Source: Chloroflexota bacterium | GTDB lineage: Bacteria > Chloroflexota > Limnocylindria > P2-11E | Length of the DNA stretch: 39,118 bases | Direction of reading: 5' to 3' | NCBI GenBank assembly: GCA_005889445.1 | Contig: VBGS01000165.1 | Location: 1-39,118 of the forward strand | Part shown: positions 9,364 to 17,147 of the stretch, piece after piece | How the letters are laid out: every line of letters begins with the position of its first letter | Position numbering within the stretch: position 1 is the stretch's first letter | Translations under genes and position numbers: made by a program | The notes under the pieces: generated by a model | The model's database searches: none | The model's input: only the letters and a program-made list of their open reading frames with translations | What the model was told of the DNA's origin: nothing

Positions 9364-9732
9364 ATGACGTTCGGCGAGCGCGCGCTCTACCACCAGATCC
9401 ATCCTGCAAAGCTCTTCACGGACATCTCGACCGCGCTCATCGGGTTCGACCTCTTCTGGCGCCACCAGCTGGCGATTGGACTGCTCATCGCGCTGCTGCC
9501 GCCGGTGCTCGTGTCGATCGTTCTCATCAACGAGGTCGACCTCGAGCCATACCGCCGGAGTCCCATGGGCGCGTACCTGCGGCGCTTCATGCCGCCCTGG
9601 GTGCAGGCGGTGCGCCTCTTCGGGATCGCGCTCGCGTTCTACGCGGCGTGGTACCACGTCCCGGCGGGCATCGTCTTGGGCCTCGGCCTGATCGCGGCGT
9701 GCTGGGCGAACGGGATCGGGCGGCGCCGCTGA
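9364..9732 (+). CDS. Small integral membrane protein (hypothetical)
   Basis: Three to four hydrophobic helices are visible. This is the 3' end of the spurious long ORF 8467..9732. The start is ATG 9364, or GTG 9334 overlapping the ndh stop (GTGA). Confidence 0.55.
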   Translation: MTFGERALYHQIHPAKLFTDISTALIGFDLFWRHQLAIGLLIALLPPVLVSIVLINEVDLEPYRRSPMGAYLRRFMPPWVQAVRLFGIALAFYAAWYHVPAGIVLGLGLIAACWANGIGRRR

Positions 9733-9733
9733 A

Positions 9734-10132
9734 ATGCGTGACCTCGAGCTCACGCCGATGCTCACCGTCCGCGACGGCCGCACGGCGGTCGATTTTTACA
9801 AGCGGGCGTTCGGCGCGAACGAGCTCTCACGCCAGACGACCCCGACCGGCCAGCTCATCGTGGAGCTCTCGATCGGGGAGGAGCGATTCTTCGCCGTCGA
9901 AGAGAATCCCGCGGCGTTCAACCAGAGCCCGGAGACCCTCGGTGGAACGACCGTCCGTCTGAGCGTCGTCGTTGCCGATCCGGATGCCCTCTGGCAGCGG
10001 GCCATCGCGGCCGGCGGTCGCGTCATCTTCCCGATCGGGGACCAGCCCTACGGCATGCGGCAAGGACGGATCGCGGATCCCTCAGGACATCACTGGCTGA
10101 TCGGGAAGTACATCACGACGGCCAACCGGTGA
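9734..10132 (+). CDS. VOC/glyoxalase-family protein (PhnB-like)
   Basis: The pattern is MLTVRDGRTAVDFYKRAFGA...YGMRQGRIADPSGHHWLI, typical of glyoxalase/bleomycin-resistance fold proteins. Confidence 0.8.
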   Translation: MRDLELTPMLTVRDGRTAVDFYKRAFGANELSRQTTPTGQLIVELSIGEERFFAVEENPAAFNQSPETLGGTTVRLSVVVADPDALWQRAIAAGGRVIFPIGDQPYGMRQGRIADPSGHHWLIGKYITTANR

Positions 10133-10182
10133 TCTCGCCGGCCGCGTAGCGCCGACGGACGCCGGCGGACGGCGTTGCCAGT

Positions 10183-10461
10183 ATGGCATCATAATCAGCC
10201 ATCATAGCAACAATCATCGGGGGCGCCTCAGAGGTCCGAAAGGACCTTCTTCGCTTCTTCCACGTCAGCGCGGATGCCCACGGGCACGTTCGAGCCATCG
10301 CGAGGCAGGTAGGGCACGACCCAGGAGCGGTCTCGCGGGAGCTTCGCCGCCTCGAAGAACAGGGCCTCCTCCGATCCGATCTCGTAGGCAGAGCCCGCGT
10401 CTACCGGTTACAGCCGACCTCGAGGTACGGACGAGAACTGCGTGGCCTGATCCAACGGACG
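10183..10461 (+). pseudogene. Winged-HTH (ArsR-like) domain coding region, in frame with the downstream MNT ORF but cut off by an in-frame TAA
   Basis: It reads ATG GCA TCA TAA (10183-10194), and the same frame then stays open to 10776. It encodes EVRKDLLRFF...HVRAIARQVGHDPGAVSRELRRLEEQGLLRS...RVYRLQP, a wHTH signature. There is no ATG/GTG/TTG between 10195 and 10461. Confidence 0.6.
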
Positions 10462-10776
10462 TTGGGCGTGGAGTCACGCCTTCGGGAAGCACTGACCGAT
10501 TTGTCAGGGGTCGAAGAGGCCTCCATCTTCGGATCGTATGCCGCCGGCACCGAGCGGCCCGGCAGCGATGTCGACCTTCTTGTTATCGGGCGGCCTTCGA
10601 GTGATGAATTGCGGCGGCGTGTTTCAGCCGCCGAAGCGGACCTCCGGCGCGAGATAAACCTTGTCGAGCTGACGTCGGCTGAGATTCGCGAGCTTCGGTC
10701 GCGCAAGGATCCGTTCATCCGTGACGTGCTCTCGGGCAAGCGTGTGATATTGGTCAAGCGCGGCCGCCGTGCCTAG
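10462..10776 (+). CDS. Minimal nucleotidyltransferase (MNT/MntA-like antitoxin) domain protein
   Basis: It has the GSYAAGTERPGSDVDLLVIG motif (GS-x9-12-DxD). The first canonical start in this frame is TTG 10462 or GTG 10468. Confidence 0.8.
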   Translation: MGVESRLREALTDLSGVEEASIFGSYAAGTERPGSDVDLLVIGRPSSDELRRRVSAAEADLRREINLVELTSAEIRELRSRKDPFIRDVLSGKRVILVKRGRRA

Positions 10777-11209
10777 TCCTCGGACCCTGCGCCAACTCGT
10801 TGATGAAGGCGCAATCGAGAAGAGGGCCGTTGGGCAGCAGCAGATCGCACATTGGCTTTCGCGAAGCCGCAAGGACCTGAGGCTCGCGGCTCACGCGTCG
10901 CGAACCGGCGACTCGGAACGCGCGATGACGATCGCCTACGAGGCCGGACTGCGAGCGTGCATAGCCATTCTCGCCGCGGCAGGCTATCGGTTGAGGAGTG
11001 GGGAAGGGCATCACCGCGCAGCGCTCGACGGCGCGCTCACGATCGCTGGCAGCGGAGTTGAGGTCGACATCTCACGCCTGAACGACGCCAGACGCCAGCG
11101 CAACGAGAGCCTTTACGCGACAAGCAGACCTGTCGGGGCCGAGGAGCTTAAGCGGCTGGTCGCGAGTGTTGAAGCTCTGATCAAGAGGGCCCAGGCCGGG
11201 CGGTCCTAG
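10769..11209 (+). CDS. HEPN-like protein (putative toxin partner of MNT)
   Basis: It is an all-alpha 146-aa protein overlapping the MNT stop by 8 nt. It has GEGHH, and R-N-E-S-L-Y (11099-11116) sits where HEPN proteins carry R-x4-6-H. The assignment rests on context plus this weak motif. Confidence 0.5.
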   Translation: MPSPRTLRQLVDEGAIEKRAVGQQQIAHWLSRSRKDLRLAAHASRTGDSERAMTIAYEAGLRACIAILAAAGYRLRSGEGHHRAALDGALTIAGSGVEVDISRLNDARRQRNESLYATSRPVGAEELKRLVASVEALIKRAQAGRS

Positions 11210-11214
11210 CCTGC

Positions 11215-13299
11215 CTAGCGCGCCCCGGCGGTCTCCTCGACCTGTTCCTCGTGCGCGGCGATCACCTTCTGCGCGATGTGCGAGGGGCACTCTTCGTATC
11301 CGAGGATCGTCGCGCTGAAGGTCCCGCGTCCGCCGGTCATGGAGCGAAGGTCGGTCGCGTAGCGGAACGTCTCGGCCATCGGGACGTGCGCCTTGATGCG
11401 CTGCAGGCCGGCGCCCGTGCTCTCCATGCCGAGGACCCGCCCGCGCCGTGAGTTGAGATCGGCGAGGACGTCACCCATCTGATCCTCGGGGACGCGGACC
11501 TCGAGATCCATGATCGGCTCGAGGAGAAAGGGCTGCGCTTCCTTCACGCAGGCCTGCAAGGCCAGCGACCCGGCGATCTTGAAGCTCATCTCGCTGGAGT
11601 CGACCGCGTGGTAACTGCCGTCGTAGAGGGTCGCCTTGAAGTCCGAGAGCGGGTAGCCGGCGATGACGCCCCGCTCGGCCGTCTCGCGCACGCCCTTTTC
11701 GACCGCGGGCCAGAAGTTTCGCGGCACCGAGCCGCCCACGATGCGGGTCGCGTACACGACCCCTGAACCTGCGGGCTGCGGCTCGATCTCGAGGAAGACG
11801 TCGCCGAACTGGCCATGACCGCCGGTCTGCCGCTTGTACCTGCCCTGCGCCTGGGCCTTCGTGCGGATGGATTCCCGGTACGGGACACGCGGGGTGCGAA
11901 CCTCGACCTGCACGCCGAACTTGTCTCTCAGGTGATGGACCGCGACCTCGATGGCGGACTCGCCGATCGCCGACAGGATCGTCTCGTGCGTCGCGTCCTC
12001 GCGGCGGACGTGCAGGGTCGGATCCTCGTCGGTGAGCTTGTGCAGGGCGGTCGCGAGCTTATCGAGGTCCGCCTTGCTCGATGGTTCGATCGCCACGGAG
12101 AACGACGGCGGCGGGAATTCGATCGCGTCGTAGAGGATCACGGCGTCGCGATCGCTGAGGGTGGAGTTGGTCGTCGTGGCCGTCAGCTTCGGCACCGCGC
12201 AGATGTCGCCCGCGGCGACGGCATCGGTGATCTCCTGCTCCTTGCCGCGGAGGAAGAAGATCTGGCCGACGCGCTCGGCCTCCTGCTTCGTCGCGTCGAA
12301 GACCTGCGAGTTGTGATGGAGCGTCCCCGAGTAGACGCGCACGTAGCTCAGCTTCCCGACGAACGGGTCCGCCAGCGTCTTGAAGACGAACGCCGAAAGC
12401 TTGTCTCCGGGATCGGGCTTGCGGGCGATCTCGTCGCCGCCGCCGGTCTTCCCGATGATCGACCCGGCCTCGGCGGGCGAGGGGAGCATCTCGCGGATGG
12501 TGTTGATGAGGGCCGCGTAGCCGATGTGCTTGTGCGCCGAGGTCGCGACGACCGGGATCACCCTGCCCTCGCGCACGGCCTTGTGCAGCGCATCGCGGAG
12601 CTCGTCGTAGCTCAGCTCCTTGCCGTCGAGGTACCGCGTCAGGAGGTCCTCGTCGGTCTCGACGATGGCTTCCACGAGCTGCTGCCGATACTGGCCGACC
12701 CGCTCGGCCTCGTCCTTGGATAGATCGGCGACCGGGTCCTTCGGGCCCCTCAGCACCTGGCCGTGCAGGAGATCGATCGTCGCGGCGAGATCCTGGTGCG
12801 CGCCGACGGGGACGTGAAGGGGCACGACGCGGATGCCGTAGGCCTCGCGCAGCTGGCCCAGGACGTTGTCGAAGTCCGCGTTCTCGCGATCGAGGCGACC
12901 GACCGCCACGATGCGCGGCGTCCCGGCCTTCTCGAGATCTGACCAGACCATCTGGGTCCCGACCTGCACGCCCGCGGTGGCGTCGACGAAGACGATCGCG
13001 GCATCGGCGACCCGCAGTGCGGCGTGCTGATCGCCGGCAAAGTCGGCGAATCCGGGGGTGTCGAGGAGATTGATCTTCACGCCGTCGCTGTTGAATGCGG
13101 CGAGCGCCATGTTGATGGTGATGTGGCGGCGCTGCTCCTCAGGATCGGTGTCGAGGATGCTCGTGCCGTCGTCTACCTTGCCCAGCCGGGTCGTCGCCCC
13201 GACCGAGTGGAGGAGGGATTCGACGAGACTCGTCTTTCCCGATCCGCCATGGCCGACGACGGCCACGTTTCTGATCTTCGTGGGCTCCGGTGATGCCAT
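11215..13299 (-). CDS. Elongation factor G paralog (EF-G2 / EFG II-like)
   Basis: It has the five-domain EF-G layout. G1 is GHGGSGKTS, G3 is DTPGFADF (Phe at the catalytic His position), and GRLD sits at the NKxD position, as in Thermus EF-G-2. ATG 13299 is preferred over the longest ORF start at 13359. Confidence 0.85.
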   Translation of the reverse strand: MASPEPTKIRNVAVVGHGGSGKTSLVESLLHSVGATTRLGKVDDGTSILDTDPEEQRRHITINMALAAFNSDGVKINLLDTPGFADFAGDQHAALRVADAAIVFVDATAGVQVGTQMVWSDLEKAGTPRIVAVGRLDRENADFDNVLGQLREAYGIRVVPLHVPVGAHQDLAATIDLLHGQVLRGPKDPVADLSKDEAERVGQYRQQLVEAIVETDEDLLTRYLDGKELSYDELRDALHKAVREGRVIPVVATSAHKHIGYAALINTIREMLPSPAEAGSIIGKTGGGDEIARKPDPGDKLSAFVFKTLADPFVGKLSYVRVYSGTLHHNSQVFDATKQEAERVGQIFFLRGKEQEITDAVAAGDICAVPKLTATTTNSTLSDRDAVILYDAIEFPPPSFSVAIEPSSKADLDKLATALHKLTDEDPTLHVRREDATHETILSAIGESAIEVAVHHLRDKFGVQVEVRTPRVPYRESIRTKAQAQGRYKRQTGGHGQFGDVFLEIEPQPAGSGVVYATRIVGGSVPRNFWPAVEKGVRETAERGVIAGYPLSDFKATLYDGSYHAVDSSEMSFKIAGSLALQACVKEAQPFLLEPIMDLEVRVPEDQMGDVLADLNSRRGRVLGMESTGAGLQRIKAHVPMAETFRYATDLRSMTGGRGTFSATILGYEECPSHIAQKVIAAHEEQVEETAGAR

Positions 13300-13326
13300 G
13301 AAGACTCTCCCCAGCGCGCGGTGCGT

Positions 13327-13335
13327 TGCTAGTAT
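13327..13335 (+). promoter_or_regulatory. Possible extended -10 element (TGcTAGTAT) for yebC, implying a leaderless or near-leaderless mRNA
   Basis: TGCTAGTAT ends 8 nt before the yebC ATG (13344). No Shine-Dalgarno sequence fits in between, and no clear -35 is present. Confidence 0.25.
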
Positions 13336-13343
13336 CACGCCCG

Positions 13344-14087
13344 ATGTCGGGGCACTCAAAGTGGAGCCAGATCAAGCGCCAGAAGGGTGCTGCTGACGTC
13401 AAACGCGGCGTCATTTTCACAAAAGTGACCAAGGAGATCATGCTCGCCGCGAGGGAAGGCGGGGGCGATCCCGACGCGAACTTCCGTCTTCGCCTGGCGC
13501 TCGACCGCGCCCGCGCCGTGAACATGCCGCGCGACAACATCCAGCGCGCGATCGATCGGGCGACCGGCGGCGGCGACGCGGCGGCCCTTGAGAGCGTGGT
13601 CTACGAGGGGTACGCCCCGGGCGGCGTCTCGGTGATGATCGAGGCCGCGACGGACAACCGGAACCGCACGGTCTCCGAGATCCGGGCGGCGCTGGCGCGG
13701 GGTGGGGGAAAGCTCGGCGAGTCGGGCTCGGTGCAGTGGCTCTTCGAGCAGAAGGGCGTCATCGAGATCGACGCGAAGGGCAAGGACGCGGACAACATCG
13801 AGCTCGCGGCGATCGACGCCGGGGCCGAGGACGTCGTCGCCGAGGATGGGCTCATCACGGTCTACACGACGCCGTCATCGTTCGAGCGCGTGAAGAAGGC
13901 GCTCGAGACGGCGGGTGTCAAGGTCGCCTCGGCGGAGCTGTCGATGCGCCCCACGACGACGGTCCGCGTCGAGGGCGATCAGGCCCGCAAGGTGATCAAT
14001 CTCGTCGAGACGCTCGAGGATCTCGACGATGTCCAGCGCGTCCACGCGAACTTCGACGTGCCCGACGAGGTGCTCGAGCACGCCTAG
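13344..14087 (+). CDS. yebC: YebC/PmpR-family transcriptional regulator
   Basis: It has the N-terminal MSGHSKWSQIKRQKG signature and full-length family similarity. Confidence 0.9.
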   Translation: MSGHSKWSQIKRQKGAADVKRGVIFTKVTKEIMLAAREGGGDPDANFRLRLALDRARAVNMPRDNIQRAIDRATGGGDAAALESVVYEGYAPGGVSVMIEAATDNRNRTVSEIRAALARGGGKLGESGSVQWLFEQKGVIEIDAKGKDADNIELAAIDAGAEDVVAEDGLITVYTTPSSFERVKKALETAGVKVASAELSMRPTTTVRVEGDQARKVINLVETLEDLDDVQRVHANFDVPDEVLEHA

Positions 14088-14094
14088 CGCCGCC

Positions 14095-14589
14095 GTGATC
14101 CTGGGGATCGATCCCGGGACGACGGGGATGGGATACGCGTTCCTCGTCGCCGCGGATGCACGCGCCACGATCATCGAGTGCGGGATCGTCGACGTCCGTG
14201 CCAGCTCGACGGCGGGGGAGCGCCTCCTCGCGATCTCCAAGGCGCTCGACGACCTCATCGGACGCCACCGACCGGCGGTCCTCGCGGTCGAGCGGCTGTA
14301 CTTCAACAAGAACGCGAAGACCGCGATGCGGGTCTCCGAGGCTCGGGGCATCGCGCTGCTCTGCGGAGCGCGGGCCGGGCTCGAGATCGCCGAGTACACC
14401 CCACAAGAAGTGAAACTGACGGTGGCGGGTCACGGCGCCGCCGACAAGAAGGCGATCCAGGCCATGCTTCCGCACCTCGTCGCGCTCGACGCGCCCGTCA
14501 CGCAAGATAACGTCGCCGACGCCATCGCGATCGCGCTCACCCACCTGCAGCGTGCGAAGTTCACGGCCGCGGTCGCGGCAGCGACATGA
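14095..14589 (+). CDS. ruvC: Holliday junction resolvase RuvC
   Basis: It begins VILGIDPGTTGMGYA and has an ERLYFNKN-type core and a C-terminal DAADAIAIA-like motif. GTG 14095 lies just after the yebC stop. Confidence 0.9.
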   Translation: MILGIDPGTTGMGYAFLVAADARATIIECGIVDVRASSTAGERLLAISKALDDLIGRHRPAVLAVERLYFNKNAKTAMRVSEARGIALLCGARAGLEIAEYTPQEVKLTVAGHGAADKKAIQAMLPHLVALDAPVTQDNVADAIAIALTHLQRAKFTAAVAAAT

Positions 14590-14635
14590 ATCCGCCAGAC
14601 GATTTCTCCCATGTGTACGCGGGCGAGCGACCGCG

Positions 14636-15211
14636 ATGATCGGCGCCGTCCGAGGTCGCATCATCGCGCGCGGTACCGATCACGTCGTGGTCGAGGCGAA
14701 CGGCGTGGGCTACAAGGTCTTCGTCCCCCGTCATCCGTCGCGCGACGAGGTGCTGCTGCACACGCACCACGTCGTTCGCGACGACGACCAGTCCCTCTAC
14801 GGCTTCGAGACGCGGGACGAGCTCGTGCTGTTCGAGATGCTGATCACCGTCTCCGGGGTCGGGCCGAAGGCGGGGATGGCGCTGCTCACGACCTCCCGCC
14901 CGGCCGACATCGCCGCGGCGATCGCGTCGGGCGACGCCGCCGCGCTCGCGCGCGCACCCGGCGTTGGGAAGAAGACGGCGGAGCGGCTGATCGTCGATCT
15001 CAAGGGGAAGATGGGGCGAGTCGGGGGGGACGGCCTCGGGGCTCCTCCGATGGACGACGACGCGCAGGCGGCGCTTGTCGCGCTCGGCTACACGGCCTCC
15101 GAGGCCGCAACCGCGCTGCGAAACGCCCCGCCGAAGGGGCGTGCGACCACCGAAGATCGCGTTTCCGCGGCTCTGCGGGCCGCAGGACGGCCCCTGGTAG
15201 CGGGCGGGTGA
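14636..15211 (+). CDS. ruvA: Holliday junction branch migration protein RuvA
   Basis: It begins MIGAVRGRI, followed by GVGYKVFVP, the HhH motifs SGVGPKAG and PGVGKKTAERL, and C-terminal domain III. Confidence 0.9.
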   Translation: MIGAVRGRIIARGTDHVVVEANGVGYKVFVPRHPSRDEVLLHTHHVVRDDDQSLYGFETRDELVLFEMLITVSGVGPKAGMALLTTSRPADIAAAIASGDAAALARAPGVGKKTAERLIVDLKGKMGRVGGDGLGAPPMDDDAQAALVALGYTASEAATALRNAPPKGRATTEDRVSAALRAAGRPLVAGG

Positions 15212-15291
15212 CGGAAAGTACTGGCGGGCTAGCAGCCGAGGAGGGCGGATGCGACCATCTACGCGGCCGCCGCGCCGTAAAAGGAGCGTGC

Positions 15292-15444
15292 ATGGTCGAG
15301 TTTGGCAGGAACGAGGAAGGACAAGGGTTAGTCGAGTACGCACTCATCATCGCGGTAATCGCGATAGCGGTAATCGTCGCGATGGTCTTTTTCCGCGATC
15401 AGCTCTCGAATTACTTCTCGAGCATCGGAAATAACCTTACGTAG
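15292..15444 (+). CDS. flp: Flp-family type IVb pilin (50 aa)
   Basis: It has the G-x4-EY processing motif (EGQGLVEYALIIAVIAIAV) followed by a hydrophobic helix. A strong SD (GGAG) lies 5 nt upstream of the ATG. Confidence 0.8.
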   Translation: MVEFGRNEEGQGLVEYALIIAVIAIAVIVAMVFFRDQLSNYFSSIGNNLT

Positions 15445-15544
15445 GAGCGGCGCGGCGGCCAGCCCGCTCCTCGCAGAGGCCAACTTCTCCCGTTTGCTAT
15501 AGTTGTCATTGGCATCCGGCCGTTCCGGAGGCCGCGGCGGGCAC

Positions 15545-15571
15545 AAAAGTGGGTCCACCCCACTTTTTTTT
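15545..15571 (+). terminator. Rho-independent terminator downstream of flp
   Basis: The AAAAGTGGG / CCCACTTTT stem has a 5-nt loop and ends in a run of 8 T (15564-15571). An A-tract on the 5' side could allow bidirectional function. Confidence 0.75.
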
Positions 15572-15628
15572 CGCCCCAGCGCGGCTTTGGAGCCGGCGCC
15601 AGAAACTGAATGAAGGGGAGAGCGCGCA

Positions 15629-16849
15629 ATGAACCGAGAGCTCGTGACCGGACTTGCGCAGCTTTCAGCCGAGAAAGGCCTCCCCAAGGAAGTCGTCAGC
15701 GACATCATCGCCCGAGCGATCAAGCGGGCATACGGCGATGAGGAGCACATCGACGTCAAGGTCGACGTCCTGACCGGTGCGTTCAAGGTCTACCTGCTGA
15801 AGTCGGTCGTCGAGAAGGTCGAGGATCCTCGGATCCAAGTCCAGCTCGACACCGCAAAGAAGATCAAGCCGGATGCCCAGCTGGGCGAGATCATCCCGTT
15901 CGAGGAATCCGCCGCCGCGCTCGGCCGCATCGGGGCGCAGACCGCCAAGCAGGTCATCCAACAGTCGCTCCGCGAGGCGGAGCGCGAGCAGGTCTTCGCG
16001 GAGTACGCCGACCGCGAGGGCGACATCATCAACGCCAAGATCAGCCATTTCGAGGCGGGCTCAGCGATCATGGAGCTCGATCGCGGCGCGACCGCGATAC
16101 TCCCGCGCTCGGAGCAGGCGCCCCACGAGCGCTACTTCGCCGGGCAGGCGCGCAAGGTCGTCGTCCTCGAGGTGCGCCGCACGCTGCGCGGCCCGCAGAT
16201 CATCGTGAGCCGCGCCCACAAGGCGCTGGTGAAGCGCCTATTCGAGCTCGAGGTTCCGGAGATCTTCCACGGACAGGTCGAGATCGTGGGCATCGCCCGC
16301 GAGCCGGGAAGCCGCACCAAGATCGCCGTCCGCGCGCGTCAGGCCGGGCTGGACGCGCGCGGCGCGTGCATCGGACAGCGCGGTCTGCGGGTGCAGGCGA
16401 TCGTCAACGAGCTTGGCGGCGAGAAGATCGACATCATCGAGTGGGCGGAGAGCCCCGAGCGGTTCGTCGCGAACGCGCTCGAGCCCGCCCACGTGGTCCG
16501 GGTCGACATCGTTCCCGAGGACAAGACCGCCTACGTCGTCGTGCCGGACCGCCAGCTCTCCCTAGCGATCGGCAAGGAGGGCCAGAACGCCCGCCTCGCC
16601 GCGAAGCTGACCGGCTGGCGCATCGACATCCGGAGCGAGTCGGAGGTCCGGGCGGAGCTCGAGCCGGAGCCCGAGCCTGAGCCGGTGGCCGTCGCGGAGC
16701 CAGCGCCGGTGGTCGAGGAGGCCGAGGAGGCGATCCGCCACGATCTGGTCGCAGAGGTGGAGGCCGAGTCCGCGGCCGCGGACGAGGAGGATCTGGATGA
16801 GGAGGACCGCGCGCTCCTCGGAGGCAAGAAGAAGCGCGAGCGTCGCTAG
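15629..16849 (+). CDS. nusA: Transcription termination/antitermination factor NusA
   Basis: It has the N-terminal domain, S1 domain and two KH domains ([21 protein letters not shown]), plus an acidic EPEPEP-rich tail. An SD (AAGGGGAG) lies upstream. Confidence 0.93.
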   Translation: MNRELVTGLAQLSAEKGLPKEVVSDIIARAIKRAYGDEEHIDVKVDVLTGAFKVYLLKSVVEKVEDPRIQVQLDTAKKIKPDAQLGEIIPFEESAAALGRIGAQTAKQVIQQSLREAEREQVFAEYADREGDIINAKISHFEAGSAIMELDRGATAILPRSEQAPHERYFAGQARKVVVLEVRRTLRGPQIIVSRAHKALVKRLFELEVPEIFHGQVEIVGIAREPGSRTKIAVRARQAGLDARGACIGQRGLRVQAIVNELGGEKIDIIEWAESPERFVANALEPAHVVRVDIVPEDKTAYVVVPDRQLSLAIGKEGQNARLAAKLTGWRIDIRSESEVRAELEPEPEPEPVAVAEPAPVVEEAEEAIRHDLVAEVEAESAAADEEDLDEEDRALLGGKKKRERR

Positions 16850-17147
16850 CGGCGGCGGCCCGGGGCGGGCCCTTCCGCAGCGGACATGCGTCGCCTGCCG
16901 GACGACCCGTCCGAAACGCGAGCTCGTCCGCGTCGTACGCTCACCGGTAGGGGAGCTCACCGTGGACCTCCGCGGTAAGGCGCCCGGACGGGGGGCGTAC
17001 CTGGATCCCGACCCAGCCTGCCTCGAGCGCGGGCTGGCCGAGGGGGTGCTCGCCAAGGCGCTCGAGATCGAGATCGACACGACGACGGCGGACCGGCTTC
17101 GCGAGGAGCTCGCGGTGGCCGCCAAGACACGCACGGGAGGAAGCTAG
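16797..17147 (+). CDS. ylxR: YlxR/DUF448 RNA-binding protein
   Basis: It has the signature RTCVACR...RELVRVV...GRGAYL. ATG 16797 is the only canonical in-frame start, and it overlaps nusA by 53 nt. Confidence 0.8.
   Translation: MRRTARSSEARRSASVASGGGPGRALPQRTCVACRTTRPKRELVRVVRSPVGELTVDLRGKAPGRGAYLDPDPACLERGLAEGVLAKALEIEIDTTTADRLREELAVAAKTRTGGS

Noticed and set aside
8467-9732. Long ORFs 8467..9732, 14611..15444, 18833..19426, 19833..21170 and 26444..27004, taken at face value.
   Set aside because: Only their 3' portions match real genes (membrane protein, flp, rbfA, truB, rpsO). The 5' extensions overlap upstream genes in another frame and are Arg-rich.
10228-10407. A minus-strand reading (...WVVPYLPRDGSNVPVGIRADVEEAKKVLSDL) that first looked like a start-less gene fragment.
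   Set aside because: The plus-strand frame over the same codons encodes a clear winged-HTH signature that is continuous with the MNT domain. The minus-strand reading is its shadow.
16655-16690. Short tandem repeats: GAGCCN repeats encoding EPEPEPEP in nusA, PSP repeats in the PBP tail at 1960-2060, and PSP repeats in the GT-C tail at 22550-22600.
   Set aside because: These are low-complexity linker or tail coding, not repeat elements or CRISPR-like arrays.
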